Below, in pieces: positions 1-9,738 of a stretch of 51,929 nt of DNA. Origin of the DNA: a virus (Duplodnaviria; Heunggongvirae; Uroviricota; Caudoviricetes); the IMG/VR virus record IMGVR_UViG_2541047794_000002, positions 1 through 51,929 of that record; one strand, written 5' to 3'. Each line of letters begins with the position of its first letter. The first letter of the stretch is position 1. The notes under the pieces were generated by a model that did not search any database, had not been told where the DNA came from, and saw only the letters and a list, made by a program, of their open reading frames with translations. A program made the translations under genes and the position numbers.

Positions 1-400
<400 letters not shown>

Positions 401-411
<11 letters not shown>

Positions 412-637
412 CAGCGATTATCCGTTGGAGTTTTGGGTTTGCGTTTATTGGGAGTTGCGGTTCTGCAAGCGTTCCTACAAAACGGGAATTTCGGTCAATC
501 ATCCAGTAGCGACCAACTTTTATAGCGGGTGGGGCCATCATTTTCCCTTGCGCGTATTTTTTCAGAACTCGCTCACTTGGTGCTAAGTCCCCAAATTCTT
601 CTTTAGCCCAGTCCTGTAAAGTGATTAGTCGAGACAT
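401..637 (-). CDS. xis: Excisionase (Xis-like)
   Basis: 78 aa; MSRLITLQDW...PPAIKVGRYWM pattern as in lambda Xis. Overlaps the int start, the typical xis-int arrangement. Confidence 0.75.
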
Positions 638-776
638 TTGTCCTCCTCTTAGCTGCTGAGGGAGTTTGTGACCGATATATCTGACATGATATTAAGCTCA
701 TGGCAGGTACATCTCTTGACTGGTCATAGAGATAAATTTAATGCTGAGAAATGCAGTATTGAATTTATCAATTTTT

Positions 777-1016
777 CTATTTCCTGCGTATGGCACGTAA
801 CTTCTTAATGTGTTCTGCCGTTTCGATCTCTTCTGCTATCCGATCTGCATCAGCTTTATTCACAGGTTCAAAGTCATGATTAAAGCGGAACATGCTGGCG
901 ATACATGTTCTGCCTTTTCGGATGTAGTGAACTTTGTTGTGGGTAGAACGCAGGATTTTGCAGGGAGTGCCGTGGTGGTCGACGTACCAGGTGTTAGGAA
1001 AAATGATTCTGAACAT
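777..1016 (-). CDS. Hypothetical phage early-left protein
   Basis: 79-aa ORF on the same strand as the leftward early operon. An overlapping plus-strand ORF (810..1043) is the alternative. Confidence 0.4.
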   Translation of the reverse strand: MFRIIFPNTWYVDHHGTPCKILRSTHNKVHYIRKGRTCIASMFRFNHDFEPVNKADADRIAEEIETAEHIKKLRAIRRK

Positions 1017-1063
1017 TTTTACACCTCAGTTGGACGATGTTGAAATTTGCTGCTTTGAGGCCA

Positions 1064-1282
1064 TCACAGTCCCCATTGTTTGTTCTTAAGTTCGATCTCC
1101 TCCTGGCAACTTGCACAAGTCCGACAACCCTGAACGGCCAGGCGTCTTCGTTCATCTATCGGATCGCCACACTCACAACAATGAGTGGCAGATATAGCCT
1201 GGTGGTTCAGGCGGCGCATTTTTATTGCTGTGTTGCGCTGTAATTCTTCAATTTCTGATGCTGAATCAATGATGTCTGCCAT
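1064..1282 (-). CDS. TraR/DksA-family C4 zinc-finger protein
   Basis: 72 aa with CxxC...CxxC spacing (CCECGDPIDERRR...CRTCASCQ) typical of phage TraR-like proteins. Confidence 0.8.
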   Translation of the reverse strand: MADIIDSASEIEELQRNTAIKMRRLNHQAISATHCCECGDPIDERRRLAVQGCRTCASCQEEIELKNKQWGL

Positions 1283-1380
1283 CTTTCATTAATCCCTGAA
1301 TTGTTGGTTAATACGCTTGAGGGTGAATGCGAATAATAAAAAAGGAGCCTGTAGCTCCATGATGATTTTGTTTTTCATGT

Positions 1381-1662
1381 TCACCGTTCCTTAAAGACGC
1401 CGTTTAACATGCCGATCGCCAGGCTTAAATGAGTCGGTGTGAATCCCATCAGCGTTACCGTTTCGCGGTGCTTCTTCAGTACGCTACGGCAAATGTCATC
1501 GACGTTTTTATCCGGAAACTGCTGTCTGGCTTTTTTGATTTCATAATTAGCCTGACGGGCAATACTGCGAAGGGCGTTTTCTTGCTGAGGTGTCATTGAA
1601 CAAGTCCCATGTCGGCAAGCATAAGCACACAGAATATGAAGCCCGCTGCCAGAAAAATGCAT
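1381..1662 (-). CDS. Hypothetical phage protein (start uncertain, possibly internal Met at 1596)
   Basis: ORF in the leftward operon; no recognised domain. Confidence 0.4.
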   Translation of the reverse strand: MHFSGSGLHILCAYACRHGTCSMTPQQENALRSIARQANYEIKKARQQFPDKNVDDICRSVLKKHRETVTLMGFTPTHLSLAIGMLNGVFKER

Positions 1663-1672
1663 TCAGTGGTTG

Positions 1673-1864
1673 TCATACCTGGTCTCTCTCATCTGCTTCT
1701 GCTTTCGCCACCATCATTTCCAGCTTTTGTGAAAGGGATGTGGCTAACGTATGAAATTCTTCGTCTGTTTCTACTGGTATTGGCACAAACCTGACTCCAA
1801 TTTGAGCGAGGCTATGTGCCATCTCGATACTCGTTCTTAACTCAACGGGAGATGCTTTGTGCAT
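1673..1864 (-). CDS. Hypothetical small phage protein
   Basis: 63-aa ORF in the operon between xis and exo. Confidence 0.45.
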   Translation of the reverse strand: MHKASPVELRTSIEMAHSLAQIGVRFVPIPVETDEEFHTLATSLSQKLEMMVAKAEADERDQV

Positions 1865-2025
1865 ACAGCCCCTCGTTTATTATTTATCTCCTCAGCCAGC
1901 CGCTGGGCTTTCAGTGGATTTTGGATAACAGAAAGGCCGGGAAATACCCAGCCTCGCTTTGTAACGGAGTAGACGAAAGTGATCGCGCCTACCCGGATAT
2001 TATCGTGAGGATGCGTCATCGCCAT
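1837..2025 (-). CDS. Hypothetical small phage protein
   Basis: 62-aa ORF immediately upstream of exo on the same strand. Confidence 0.4.
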   Translation of the reverse strand: MAMTHPHDNIRVGAITFVYSVTKRGWVFPGLSVIQNPLKAQRLAEEINNKRGAVCTKHLPLS

Positions 2026-2696
2026 TGCTCCCCAAATACAAAACCAATTTCAGCCAGTGCCTCGTCCATTTTTTCGATGAACTCCGGCACCATCTCGTCA
2101 AAACTCGCCATGTACTTTTCATCCCGCTCAACCACGACATAATGCAGTCCTTCACGCTTCATACGCGGGTCATAGTTGGCAAAGTACCAGGCATCTTTTC
2201 GCGTCACCCACATGCTGTACTGCACCTGGGCCATGTAAGCCGACTTTATGGCCTCGAAACCACCGAGCCGGAACTTCATGAAATCCCGGGAGGTAAACGG
2301 GCATTTCAGCTCAAGGCCATTGCCGTCACTGCATAAACCATCGGGAGAGCAGGCGGTGCGCATACTTTCGTCGCGATAGATGATCGGGGATTCAGTAACA
2401 TTCACGCCGGAAGTGAATTCAAACAGGGTTCTGGCGTCGTTCTCGTACTGTTTTCCCCAGGCCAGCGCCTTAGCATTAACTTCCGGAGCCACACCGGTGC
2501 AAACCTCAGCCAGCAGGGTGTGGAAGTAGGACATTTTCATGTCAGGCCACTTCTTTCCTGAGCGGGGCTTTGCTATCACGTTGTGAACTTCTGAAGCGGT
2601 GATGACGCCGAGCCGTAATTTGTGCCATGCATCATCCCCCTGTTCGACAGCTCTCACGTCGATCCCGGTACGCTGCAGGATAATGTCCGGTATCAT
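2016..2696 (-). CDS. exo: Lambda exonuclease (Red-alpha)
   Basis: 226 aa, near-identical to lambda Exo ([39 protein letters not shown]...). Confidence 0.95.
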   Translation of the reverse strand: MIPDIILQRTGIDVRAVEQGDDAWHKLRLGVITASEVHNVIAKPRSGKKWPDMKMSYFHTLLAEVCTGVAPEVNAKALAWGKQYENDARTLFEFTSGVNVTESPIIYRDESMRTACSPDGLCSDGNGLELKCPFTSRDFMKFRLGGFEAIKSAYMAQVQYSMWVTRKDAWYFANYDPRMKREGLHYVVVERDEKYMASFDEMVPEFIEKMDEALAEIGFVFGEQWR

Positions 2697-3478
2697 GCTG
2701 CCGCCTTCTGCTCAGTGGCTTTCTGTTTCAGGAATCCAAGAGCTTTCACTGCTTCGGCCTGTGTCAGTTCTGACGATGCGCGAATGTCGCGGCGAAATAT
2801 CTGGGAACAGAGCGGCAATAAGTCGTCATCCCATGTTTTATCCAGGGCGATCAGCAGAGTGTTAATCTCCTGCATGGTTTCATCGTTAACCGGAGTGATG
2901 TCGCGTTCTGGCTGACGTTCTGCAGTGTATGCAGTATTTTCGACAATGCGCTCGGCTTCATCCTTGTCATAGATACCAGCAAATCCGAAGGCGAGACGGG
3001 CACACTGAATCATGGCTTTATGCCGTAACATCCGTTTGGGATGCGACTGCCACGGGCCGGTGATTTCTCTGCCTTCGCGGGTTTTGAATGGTTCGCGGCG
3101 GCATTCATCCATCCACTCGGTAACGCAGATCGGATGATTACGGTCCTTGCGGTAAATCCGGCATGTACAGGATTCATTGTCCTGCTCAAAGTCCATGCCA
3201 TCAAACTGCTGGTTTTCATTGATGATGCGGGACCAGCCATCAACGCCCACCACCGGAACGATGCCGTTCTGCTTATCAGGGAAGGCGTAAATTTCTTTCG
3301 TCCACGGATTAAGGCCGTACTGGTTGGCGACGATCAACAATGCGATGAACTGCGCATCGCTGGCATCGCCTTTAAATGCTGTCTGGCGAAGAGTGGTGAT
3401 CAGTTCCTGTGGGTCGACAGAATCCATGCCGACACGTTCAGCCAGCTTCCCTGCCAGCGTTGCGAGTGCTGTACTCAT
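2693..3478 (-). CDS. bet: Recombinase Bet (Red-beta, single-strand annealing protein)
   Basis: 261 aa, near-identical to lambda Bet; overlaps the exo start. Confidence 0.95.
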   Translation of the reverse strand: MSTALATLAGKLAERVGMDSVDPQELITTLRQTAFKGDASDAQFIALLIVANQYGLNPWTKEIYAFPDKQNGIVPVVGVDGWSRIINENQQFDGMDFEQDNESCTCRIYRKDRNHPICVTEWMDECRREPFKTREGREITGPWQSHPKRMLRHKAMIQCARLAFGFAGIYDKDEAERIVENTAYTAERQPERDITPVNDETMQEINTLLIALDKTWDDDLLPLCSQIFRRDIRASSELTQAEAVKALGFLKQKATEQKAAA

Positions 3479-3483
3479 CCGTT

Positions 3484-3780
3484 TTATACCTCTGAATCAA
3501 TATCAACCTGATGGTGAGCAATGGTTTCAACCATGTACCGGATGTGTTCTGCCATGCGCTCCTGAAACTCAACATCGTCATCAAACGCACGGGTAATGGC
3601 TTTTTTGCTGGCCCCGTGGCGTTGCAAATGATCGATGCAGAGTGATTCAAACAGGTGCTGGGACAGACCCTTTTCCATGTCGTCTGCCAGTTCTGCCTCT
3701 ATCTCTTCACGGGCGATCTGCTGGTAGTGACGTGCCCAGCTCTGAGCCTCAAGACGATCCTGAATGTAATAAGCGTTCAT
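3484..3780 (-). CDS. gam: Gam, host RecBCD nuclease inhibitor (short form)
   Basis: 98 aa [26 protein letters not shown]... matches the lambda GamS sequence. Confidence 0.9.
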   Translation of the reverse strand: MNAYYIQDRLEAQSWARHYQQIAREEIEAELADDMEKGLSQHLFESLCIDHLQRHGASKKAITRAFDDDVEFQERMAEHIRYMVETIAHHQVDIDSEV

Positions 3781-3855
3781 GGCTGAACTCCTGAAAATGG
3801 CTGTGAAAATATCGCCCGCGAAATGCCCGGCTGATTAGGAAAACAGGAAAGGGGA

Positions 3856-4146
3856 TTAGTGATTGAGGCCGTTACCGCGTCCGTCGAGAAAAACTTCCAC
3901 GAGCAAATCACGGGTATAAGTGCGCTCGATGCCGCGATGCAGATAAAGCCGTCCGCGTAAATTAGCTGATGCAGTCCAGGTACCATCTTTGTGTTTGACC
4001 AGCATTCCTGGCATGACCGCACCTCGATTAACGGTCTGCGTTCCGTAATGTTGATGAACCATAAAAACTCCTGCCCGTAAGCTGGGCTGCTGAACATATA
4101 GAGACTTCTGCGCGTATTCAGGCGGTGGATGGCCGCCGGTTGTCAT
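3856..4146 (-). CDS. Hypothetical protein, first gene of the leftward early operon (position of kil/cIII/N in lambda)
   Basis: 97-aa ORF from an internal Met of the 3856..4266 ORF; no arginine-rich N-like motif. Confidence 0.4.
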   Translation of the reverse strand: MTTGGHPPPEYAQKSLYVQQPSLRAGVFMVHQHYGTQTVNRGAVMPGMLVKHKDGTWTASANLRGRLYLHRGIERTYTRDLLVEVFLDGRGNGLNH

Positions 4147-4299
4147 AACTAAGCCGCCTCGTTGAAGCGACTGAGGTATGAGGTGTTGAGTTGATTTCAG
4201 CTGGTCACACCGACGTTCACGCGTCCGCTTCACCCCTCGCACTCCCCGGAGCCTGCTGAAATTCAAGCTGCGGATCTAAGCGGTCATCGCAACGGTGAA

Positions 4300-4400
4300 T
4301 CAGGTGATTGCCGTATCGTTGTGTTGTTGCGACATGGTGATAATAGCTATTGCTATTGGCTATATCAATACTTATTGCTATTAATTGATGTGTTTTGATA
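4300..4400. promoter_or_regulatory. Putative OL/PL operator-promoter region
   Basis: AT-rich intergenic region with two copies of ATTGCTATT (about 4349 and 4374), the same motif that occurs twice between cI and cro. Confidence 0.45.
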
Positions 4401-4494
4401 TTAACTGTTTGATAGCAAAAAGAATTAATTTTGTGACTTGCATCGCATAGCGATAACTGAAGCGAGGTCGTGGTGGTTTTTTGAACGGTTTATG

Positions 4495-4528
4495 TGATGA
4501 GGGGAGGCAAAAGAAAACCCGGCACGAC
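4495..4528 (-). terminator. Rho-independent terminator downstream of the 287-aa gene
   Basis: On the minus strand, CCCCGGC-cgtcgt-GCCGGG hairpin followed by TTTTCTTTT, just 3' of the stop at 4540. Confidence 0.6.
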
Positions 4529-4539
4529 GGCCGGGGAAA

Positions 4540-5403
4540 TCATTTCGCATCTACAATAAATAACCTGTTTATCTGGCCTTTTTTAACAGTAGCCTTTGCG
4601 GTTATAGTGAATACTGCAGATGGATCACCTTTGGTTGATATATATGCACTAAGAGCTCTAATATACGGGTTATTCTTCTTTCCTGCAGCTGGATCGCTAA
4701 TTTCAGCAGTGATTCTCTTTTTTGAGTCATCACCATCTAAAATTATTTTAGCTGTCATATTTTGTGCATCAAATTCTGTAAGAAAAGCACGATACTCACG
4801 AAGACCGAGAACTTCATCATCATCAAGCCTATCAATTTCAGCTTTATCTCTCTCGTTAACTTTTAGAAGGCAGCCGTCAACATTTGTTGCAACACTTATC
4901 TGATCGCAAGTATTACCAATAGGTGATACTGCCTGCCTTACAGAGGGGCGAAGCTCTACAGCCATTCGGTCAATCAAAGAGATCAACTTATCAATGGTTC
5001 CAGCATCCTTGTTTCCTAGTGCCTCTATGGCCTTTTCAAGTGACTGCTGCAAAGCTTTCATTTCATCTTTCTTGTTAGAATTTCTCGCAAAAATATATTG
5101 TAGTATTGCGCCAAGTATAGTTGCGGCGATCCCCGAGAACAACTGGTTCTGAGTGGCGAAGTTAAGAACTGCTTCAAGAGTAAAGCAGTTAGCTTTTGCT
5201 TCGCGTGCGTAAACCTTAACTTCCTGATAATTAATGTATTTACTATATTTTTGTGTAACAGAGAAAGAAGCTGCTGTTGAGAGAACTTTAGAAAAACCCT
5301 TTAGGGATTCTCCTAGGCAGTTCAAATCTATTTCATGATTTAAAGCATCTTTTCCGTCATACCTAAGAGAGATTTTTATATCCTGTAAAGCGTCACAATC
5401 CAT
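4540..5403 (-). CDS. Unknown 287-aa protein in the immunity region directly downstream of cI (rexAB position); candidate lysogen-expressed exclusion/defence gene
   Basis: Long AT-rich ORF, co-directional with cI, followed by its own terminator. One hydrophobic segment ([18 protein letters not shown]). No recognised domain. Confidence 0.6.
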   Translation of the reverse strand: MDCDALQDIKISLRYDGKDALNHEIDLNCLGESLKGFSKVLSTAASFSVTQKYSKYINYQEVKVYAREAKANCFTLEAVLNFATQNQLFSGIAATILGAILQYIFARNSNKKDEMKALQQSLEKAIEALGNKDAGTIDKLISLIDRMAVELRPSVRQAVSPIGNTCDQISVATNVDGCLLKVNERDKAEIDRLDDDEVLGLREYRAFLTEFDAQNMTAKIILDGDDSKKRITAEISDPAAGKKNNPYIRALSAYISTKGDPSAVFTITAKATVKKGQINRLFIVDAK

Positions 5404-5469
5404 AAATCGCTCTCGTCTAATTCTAATTAAATTTACTATCCCCTAAACGACTCATCAGCACAGTACTGA

Positions 5470-6162
5470 TTATCCATGTTTCCTGTACGTCTGGGGCATG
5501 CTCCCAATAACCTTACCGAAGATGAACACCCGGTTCATCTCGTCTTTCTCGATCGGGTCCCACGGTGAGTAGCTCTTGTTATCAGAGATAACCAGCAGCT
5601 TATCCTTCATCATTTGCAGGCGCTTTACATGGGCGGTGTCGTCGTACAGAAACGCATAGATGCCATCACCGTCGAAAGATTTAACCGTGATATCAACGAA
5701 CAGAAGATCACCAGGTTCAATCGTTCCTGACATGCTGTCACCGCGTACGTTAATGATGCGGATATTTTCTGCCTTCCTACCATCGAACATGTGACGAGCA
5801 TCGTCAAACGAGTACTCAACCGAGCGTAGAACTTCTACAAACTCACGGTTGATGACTCCCGGCCCGGCACTCACTTCTATATCAAGAACGTCAATCTTGA
5901 AGTATTTGGGATGGTTGGCAGTAGGCTTCCCTAATTGTTGACCGTCATTTCTCATCGGGCCTATGCCTGATGAGAGCCACTCTGTTCGAACACCCAATGC
6001 ATTAGCTATTTCAACAATTTTTGTTGAGCCGCGCGCGTTGCCGCTTGTCAGTCTCCAGATTGTGGGTTGAGCTACGCCAGACGCCTTTGCAAGAGCGCCT
6101 TGAGACATTCCAGATTGTTCCATCGCTAGGTTTAAGCGATCAGCAAGAGTTTCTTTTTTCAT
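5470..6162 (-). CDS. cI: CI-type prophage repressor (HTH plus S24 LexA-like peptidase domain)
   Basis: N-terminal HTH (SQGALAKASGVAQPTIWRL) and C-terminal S24 motifs (GDSM...KRL). ATG at 6160-6162 sits directly at the operator region, compatible with a leaderless PRM transcript as in lambda. Confidence 0.85.
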   Translation of the reverse strand: MKKETLADRLNLAMEQSGMSQGALAKASGVAQPTIWRLTSGNARGSTKIVEIANALGVRTEWLSSGIGPMRNDGQQLGKPTANHPKYFKIDVLDIEVSAGPGVINREFVEVLRSVEYSFDDARHMFDGRKAENIRIINVRGDSMSGTIEPGDLLFVDITVKSFDGDGIYAFLYDDTAHVKRLQMMKDKLLVISDNKSYSPWDPIEKDEMNRVFIFGKVIGSMPQTYRKHG

Positions 6163-6272
6163 AAGTTTTAATTTATACGCTTGCGTATTGATGGTCAAAA
6201 CACGTTTTGCTATTGCTATGATTAATACGCATTGCTATTATTTATTCATTGTAATACCAATAGGAATTAATA
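6163..6272. promoter_or_regulatory. Putative OR / PR / PRM divergent promoter-operator region
   Basis: Intergenic region between divergent cI and cro with two ATTGCTATT copies (about 6207 and 6231). Confidence 0.55.
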
Positions 6273-6500
6273 ATGACAAATCAAACCATTCAACTCGCAA
6301 TCAGTATTACAGGTAGTCAAAAACGACTGGCAGATCTATGCGGTGTAGCCCAGCCCACTGTTTGGCGTTGGCTACACGGTGGCGGAATTGATGCCCGCTA
6401 TGTAATGAAAATTGTCTCAGCCACTGGTGGAAAGATTAAACCAGCAGATATTCGTCCCGACCTCGCACCATTGTTTAACGCGAGTAATTCTGCCGCCTAA
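6273..6500 (+). CDS. cro: Cro-like HTH regulator
   Basis: 75 aa with HTH (QKRLADLCGVAQPTVWRW), divergent from cI. Confidence 0.8.
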   Translation: MTNQTIQLAISITGSQKRLADLCGVAQPTVWRWLHGGGIDARYVMKIVSATGGKIKPADIRPDLAPLFNASNSAA

Positions 6501-6524
6501 TCTGCGGCGTTAACTGATAAGGCA

Positions 6525-7070
6525 ATGACTATGCAACCACTTACATACCAACAGACTAGCGGATTTAGCCCGACTGCGGTGATAAATCGTTCTCAAACAA
6601 AACAGGCGCCAGGCCACGAAAAAATCCGTGATGCCGTTCGCGCCTGGTCGGCTGCAGATAATCAGGATGTTGTTGCCGCACTCATTGTGAATGAGTATCG
6701 GGAGCAGGGCGGCGGCACCATCGATTTCCCTGATGATGTCAGCCGTGCACGCCAGAAGCTGTTCCGCTTCCTCGATAACAAATTCGATTCTGAAAAATAC
6801 CGAAATAACGTGCGTGAACTGACCCCGGCAATTCTGGCGGTACTACCGCTGGAATATCGCGGCCACCTGGTTGAGCAGGATAGCTTCATGGCTCGGCTGG
6901 CTGAAATGGAAAAGGAACTCAGTGAGGCAAAACAGGCTGTCATTCTCAACGCACCACGCCACCAGAAACTGAAGGAGATGAGTGAAGGCATTGTGTCGAT
7001 GTTTCGTGTGGACCCGGATCTGGCTGGTCCACTGATGGCGATGGTCACCACCATGCTGGGGGCAATATGA
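6525..7070 (+). CDS. YdaT-family protein (CII-position regulator)
   Basis: 181 aa; ...YREQGGG...LTPAILAVLPLEYR... resembles Rac prophage YdaT; sits between cro and O. Confidence 0.65.
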   Translation: MTMQPLTYQQTSGFSPTAVINRSQTKQAPGHEKIRDAVRAWSAADNQDVVAALIVNEYREQGGGTIDFPDDVSRARQKLFRFLDNKFDSEKYRNNVRELTPAILAVLPLEYRGHLVEQDSFMARLAEMEKELSEAKQAVILNAPRHQKLKEMSEGIVSMFRVDPDLAGPLMAMVTTMLGAI

Positions 7071-7156
7071 CAGGTTCGGAAATGGCGAAAGCCGGTCTGC
7101 GCGAACAGAACCGACTTTCAGGTGCAAATCGTAACACACTCATTGCGGGAGGAATT

Positions 7157-8086
7157 ATGGCAAACACTGCTGAGATATTCAATTTTCCAGTGCCGGATGT
7201 GGCACAAAAGGAGCCGCGCGTGGCAGATCTCGATGATGGTTATACGCGCATTGCAAATGAGTTGCTGGAAGCTGTGATGCTGGCCGGATTAACACAGCAC
7301 CAGCTTCTGGTCTTCCTGGCTGTCATGCGCAAAACATATGGCTTTAATAAAAAACTGGATTGGGTGAGCAACGAGCAACTTTCCGAGTTGACCGGGATAT
7401 TGCCGCACAAGTGTTCTGCTGCAAAAAGTGTTCTGATAAAGCGTGGGATTTTTATTCAGAGCGGGCGGAATATCGGCATTAATAATGTGGTCAGTGAATG
7501 GTCAACATTACCCGAATCAGGTAAGAAAAATAAAGTTTACCTGAAAGAGGTAAATTTACCTGAATCAGGTAAGAAAAGTTTACCCAAATCAGGTAAAGAC
7601 GTTTACCCGAATCAGGTAAACACAAAAGACAAACTAACAAAAGACAATATAAAACCTTTTTCGTCCGAGAATTCTGGCGAATCCTCTGACCAGCCAGAAA
7701 ACGATCTTCCTGTGGTGAAACCGGATGCTGCAATTCAGAGCGGCAGCAAGTGGGGGACAGCAGAAGACCTGACCGCCGCAGAGTGGATGTTTGACATGGT
7801 GAAGACCATCGCGCCATCAGCCAGAAAACCGAATTTTGCAGGGTGGGCTAACGATATCCGCCTGATGCGTGAACGTGACGGACGTAACCACCGCGACATG
7901 TGTGTACTGTTCCGCTGGGCATGCCAGGACAACTTCTGGTCCGGTAACGTGCTAAGTCCGGCCAAACTCCGCGACAAGTGGACCCAACTCGAAATCAACC
8001 GTAACAAGCAACAGGCTGGCGTGACAGCCGGAAAATCAAAACTCGACCTGACAAACACTGACTGGATTTATGGGGTGGATTTATGA
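7157..8086 (+). CDS. O: Replication initiator O
   Basis: From the ATG preceded by GGAGG: MANTAEIFNF...VADLDDGYTRIANELLEA... matches lambda O; C-terminus nearly identical to lambda O. Confidence 0.9.
   Translation: MANTAEIFNFPVPDVAQKEPRVADLDDGYTRIANELLEAVMLAGLTQHQLLVFLAVMRKTYGFNKKLDWVSNEQLSELTGILPHKCSAAKSVLIKRGIFIQSGRNIGINNVVSEWSTLPESGKKNKVYLKEVNLPESGKKSLPKSGKDVYPNQVNTKDKLTKDNIKPFSSENSGESSDQPENDLPVVKPDAAIQSGSKWGTAEDLTAAEWMFDMVKTIAPSARKPNFAGWANDIRLMRERDGRNHRDMCVLFRWACQDNFWSGNVLSPAKLRDKWTQLEINRNKQQAGVTAGKSKLDLTNTDWIYGVDL
7500..7615. repeat. ori iterons inside the O gene
   Basis: Four tandem copies of about 19 bp, TTACC(C/T)GAATCAGGTAA(G/A), as in lambda ori-lambda. Confidence 0.8.
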
Positions 8087-8784
8087 AAAACATCGCCGCA
8101 CAGATGGTTAACTTTGACCGTGAGCAGATGTGCCGGATCGCCAATAACATGCCGGAACAGTACGACGAAAAGCCGCAGGTACAGCAGGTAGCGCAGATCA
8201 TCAACGGTGTGTTCAGCCAGTTACTGGCAACTTTCCCGGCGAGTCTGGCTAACCGGGACCAGAACGAACTGAACGAAATCCGCCGCCAGTGGGTTCTGGC
8301 TTTCCGGGAAAACGGGATCACCACAATGGAACAGGTTAACGCAGGAATGCGCGTAGCCCGTCGGCAGAATCGACCATTCCTGCCATCACCCGGGCAGTTT
8401 GTTGCCTGGTGTCGGGAAGAAGCATCCGTTACCGCCGGGCTGCCAAACGCCAGCGAGCTGGTTGATATGGTTTACGAGTATTGCCGGAAGCGTGGCCTTT
8501 ATCCGGATGCAGAGTCTTATCCATGGAAATCAAACGCGCATTACTGGTTGGTTACCAACCTGTATCAGAACATGCGAGCCAATGCGCTGACTGACGCGGA
8601 ATTACGGCGCAAGGCTGCCGATGAACTGACCTGTATGACAGCGCGAATTAACCGTGGTGAGGCTATACCTGAACCAGTAAAACAAATTCCTGTCATGGGC
8701 GGTAGACCTCTAAATCGTGCACAGGCTCTGGCGAAGATCGCAGAAATCAAAGCTAAGTTTGGGCTGAAAGGAGCAAGAGTATGA
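8083..8784 (+). CDS. P: Replication protein P (DnaB helicase loader)
   Basis: 233 aa, near-identical to lambda P; start overlaps the O stop. Confidence 0.9.
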   Translation: MKNIAAQMVNFDREQMCRIANNMPEQYDEKPQVQQVAQIINGVFSQLLATFPASLANRDQNELNEIRRQWVLAFRENGITTMEQVNAGMRVARRQNRPFLPSPGQFVAWCREEASVTAGLPNASELVDMVYEYCRKRGLYPDAESYPWKSNAHYWLVTNLYQNMRANALTDAELRRKAADELTCMTARINRGEAIPEPVKQIPVMGGRPLNRAQALAKIAEIKAKFGLKGARV

Positions 8785-9083
8785 CGGGCAAAGAGGCAAT
8801 TATTCATTACCTGGGGACTCATAAGAACTTCTGTGCGCAGGACGTTGCCGCGGTAACAGGCGCAACCGTAACCAGCATAAATCAGGCTGCGGCTAAAATG
8901 GCGCGGGCAGGAATCCTGGTCGTTGATGGTAAGGTCTGGCGAACGGTGTATTATCGGTTCGCTACCAGAGAAGAACGGGAAGGAAAGGTGAGCGCGAATT
9001 TGATTTTTAAGGAGTGTCGCCAGAGTGCCGCGATGAAACGGGTATTGAGGGTATATAAAAGAACATCAATGGGTACACAATGA
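8781..9083 (+). CDS. ren: Ren (Rex exclusion relief protein)
   Basis: MTGKEAIIHYLGTHKNFCAQDVAAVTGATVTSINQAAAKMARAG... matches lambda Ren. Confidence 0.85.
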   Translation: MTGKEAIIHYLGTHKNFCAQDVAAVTGATVTSINQAAAKMARAGILVVDGKVWRTVYYRFATREEREGKVSANLIFKECRQSAAMKRVLRVYKRTSMGTQ

Positions 9084-9150
9084 TGAAACAGGTGAGTTGA
9101 GTTCAAACTGTAGTACAATTCTCTCCAGTTTGAACAGGAAAGAATATGCT

Positions 9151-9483
9151 ATGAACCCTTATATTTATCTTGGTGGTGCAATACTTGCACAGGTCATTGG
9201 TACAACCTTAATGAAGTTTTCAGAAGGTTTTACACGGTTATGGCCATCTGTTGGTACAATTATTTGTTATTGTGCATCATTCTGGTTATTAGCTCAGACG
9301 CTGGCTTATATACCTACAGGGATTGCTTATGCTATCTGGTCAGGAGTCGGTATTGTCCTGATTAGCTTACTATCATGGGGATTTTTCGGCCAACGGTTGG
9401 ACCTGCCAGCCATTATAGGCATGATGTTGATTTGTGCCGGTGTGTTGGTTATTAATTTATTGTCACGAAGCACACCACATTAA
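9151..9483 (+). CDS. emrE: Small multidrug resistance (SMR) efflux transporter EmrE
   Basis: From internal Met: MNPYIYLGGAILAQVIGTTLMKFSEGFTRLWPS... is the E. coli EmrE sequence (DLP12 prophage cargo). Confidence 0.9.
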   Translation: MNPYIYLGGAILAQVIGTTLMKFSEGFTRLWPSVGTIICYCASFWLLAQTLAYIPTGIAYAIWSGVGIVLISLLSWGFFGQRLDLPAIIGMMLICAGVLVINLLSRSTPH

Positions 9484-9738
9484 AAATAATTTATTTTTAA
9501 ACGACTAAAATATGGAGGTTCGTATATTTGTATGGGCCTCGTTTTATGCTTTTTGTTAATGTCTTTAGTTTTTATTCATTCTTTTGAACTTTCAAGATTA
9601 TGGTGTAAGAAAATTGCAATACGATTATTGTTGTATATTCAAGATAATGTGACCTTAATTGTCTTTTTAAATAAAAATTAAACAAAAATCATATCTCACC
9701 ACTAAGGTTTATAAAAGCATACTTTAGCAGGTGTCACC

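Noticed and set aside
810-1043. 77-aa plus-strand ORF
   Set aside because: Overlaps the minus-strand ORF 777..1016, which is in the orientation of the surrounding leftward operon.
3041-3511. 156-aa plus-strand ORF
   Set aside because: Antisense within bet.
3777-4097. 106-aa minus-strand ORF overlapping the 3856..4146 gene in another frame
   Set aside because: Mutually exclusive with the 97-aa ORF, which ends at a plausible distance from gam; neither has homology support, so only one low-confidence call was kept.
6662-7054. 130-aa minus-strand ORF
   Set aside because: Antisense within the YdaT-like gene in the rightward early operon.
7500-7615. Possible CRISPR-like array (regularly spaced repeats)
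   Set aside because: The repeats are tandem iterons inside the O gene with no spacers, matching lambda ori; the CCTCTACC repeats at 31305..31545 are likewise origin iterons, not CRISPR.
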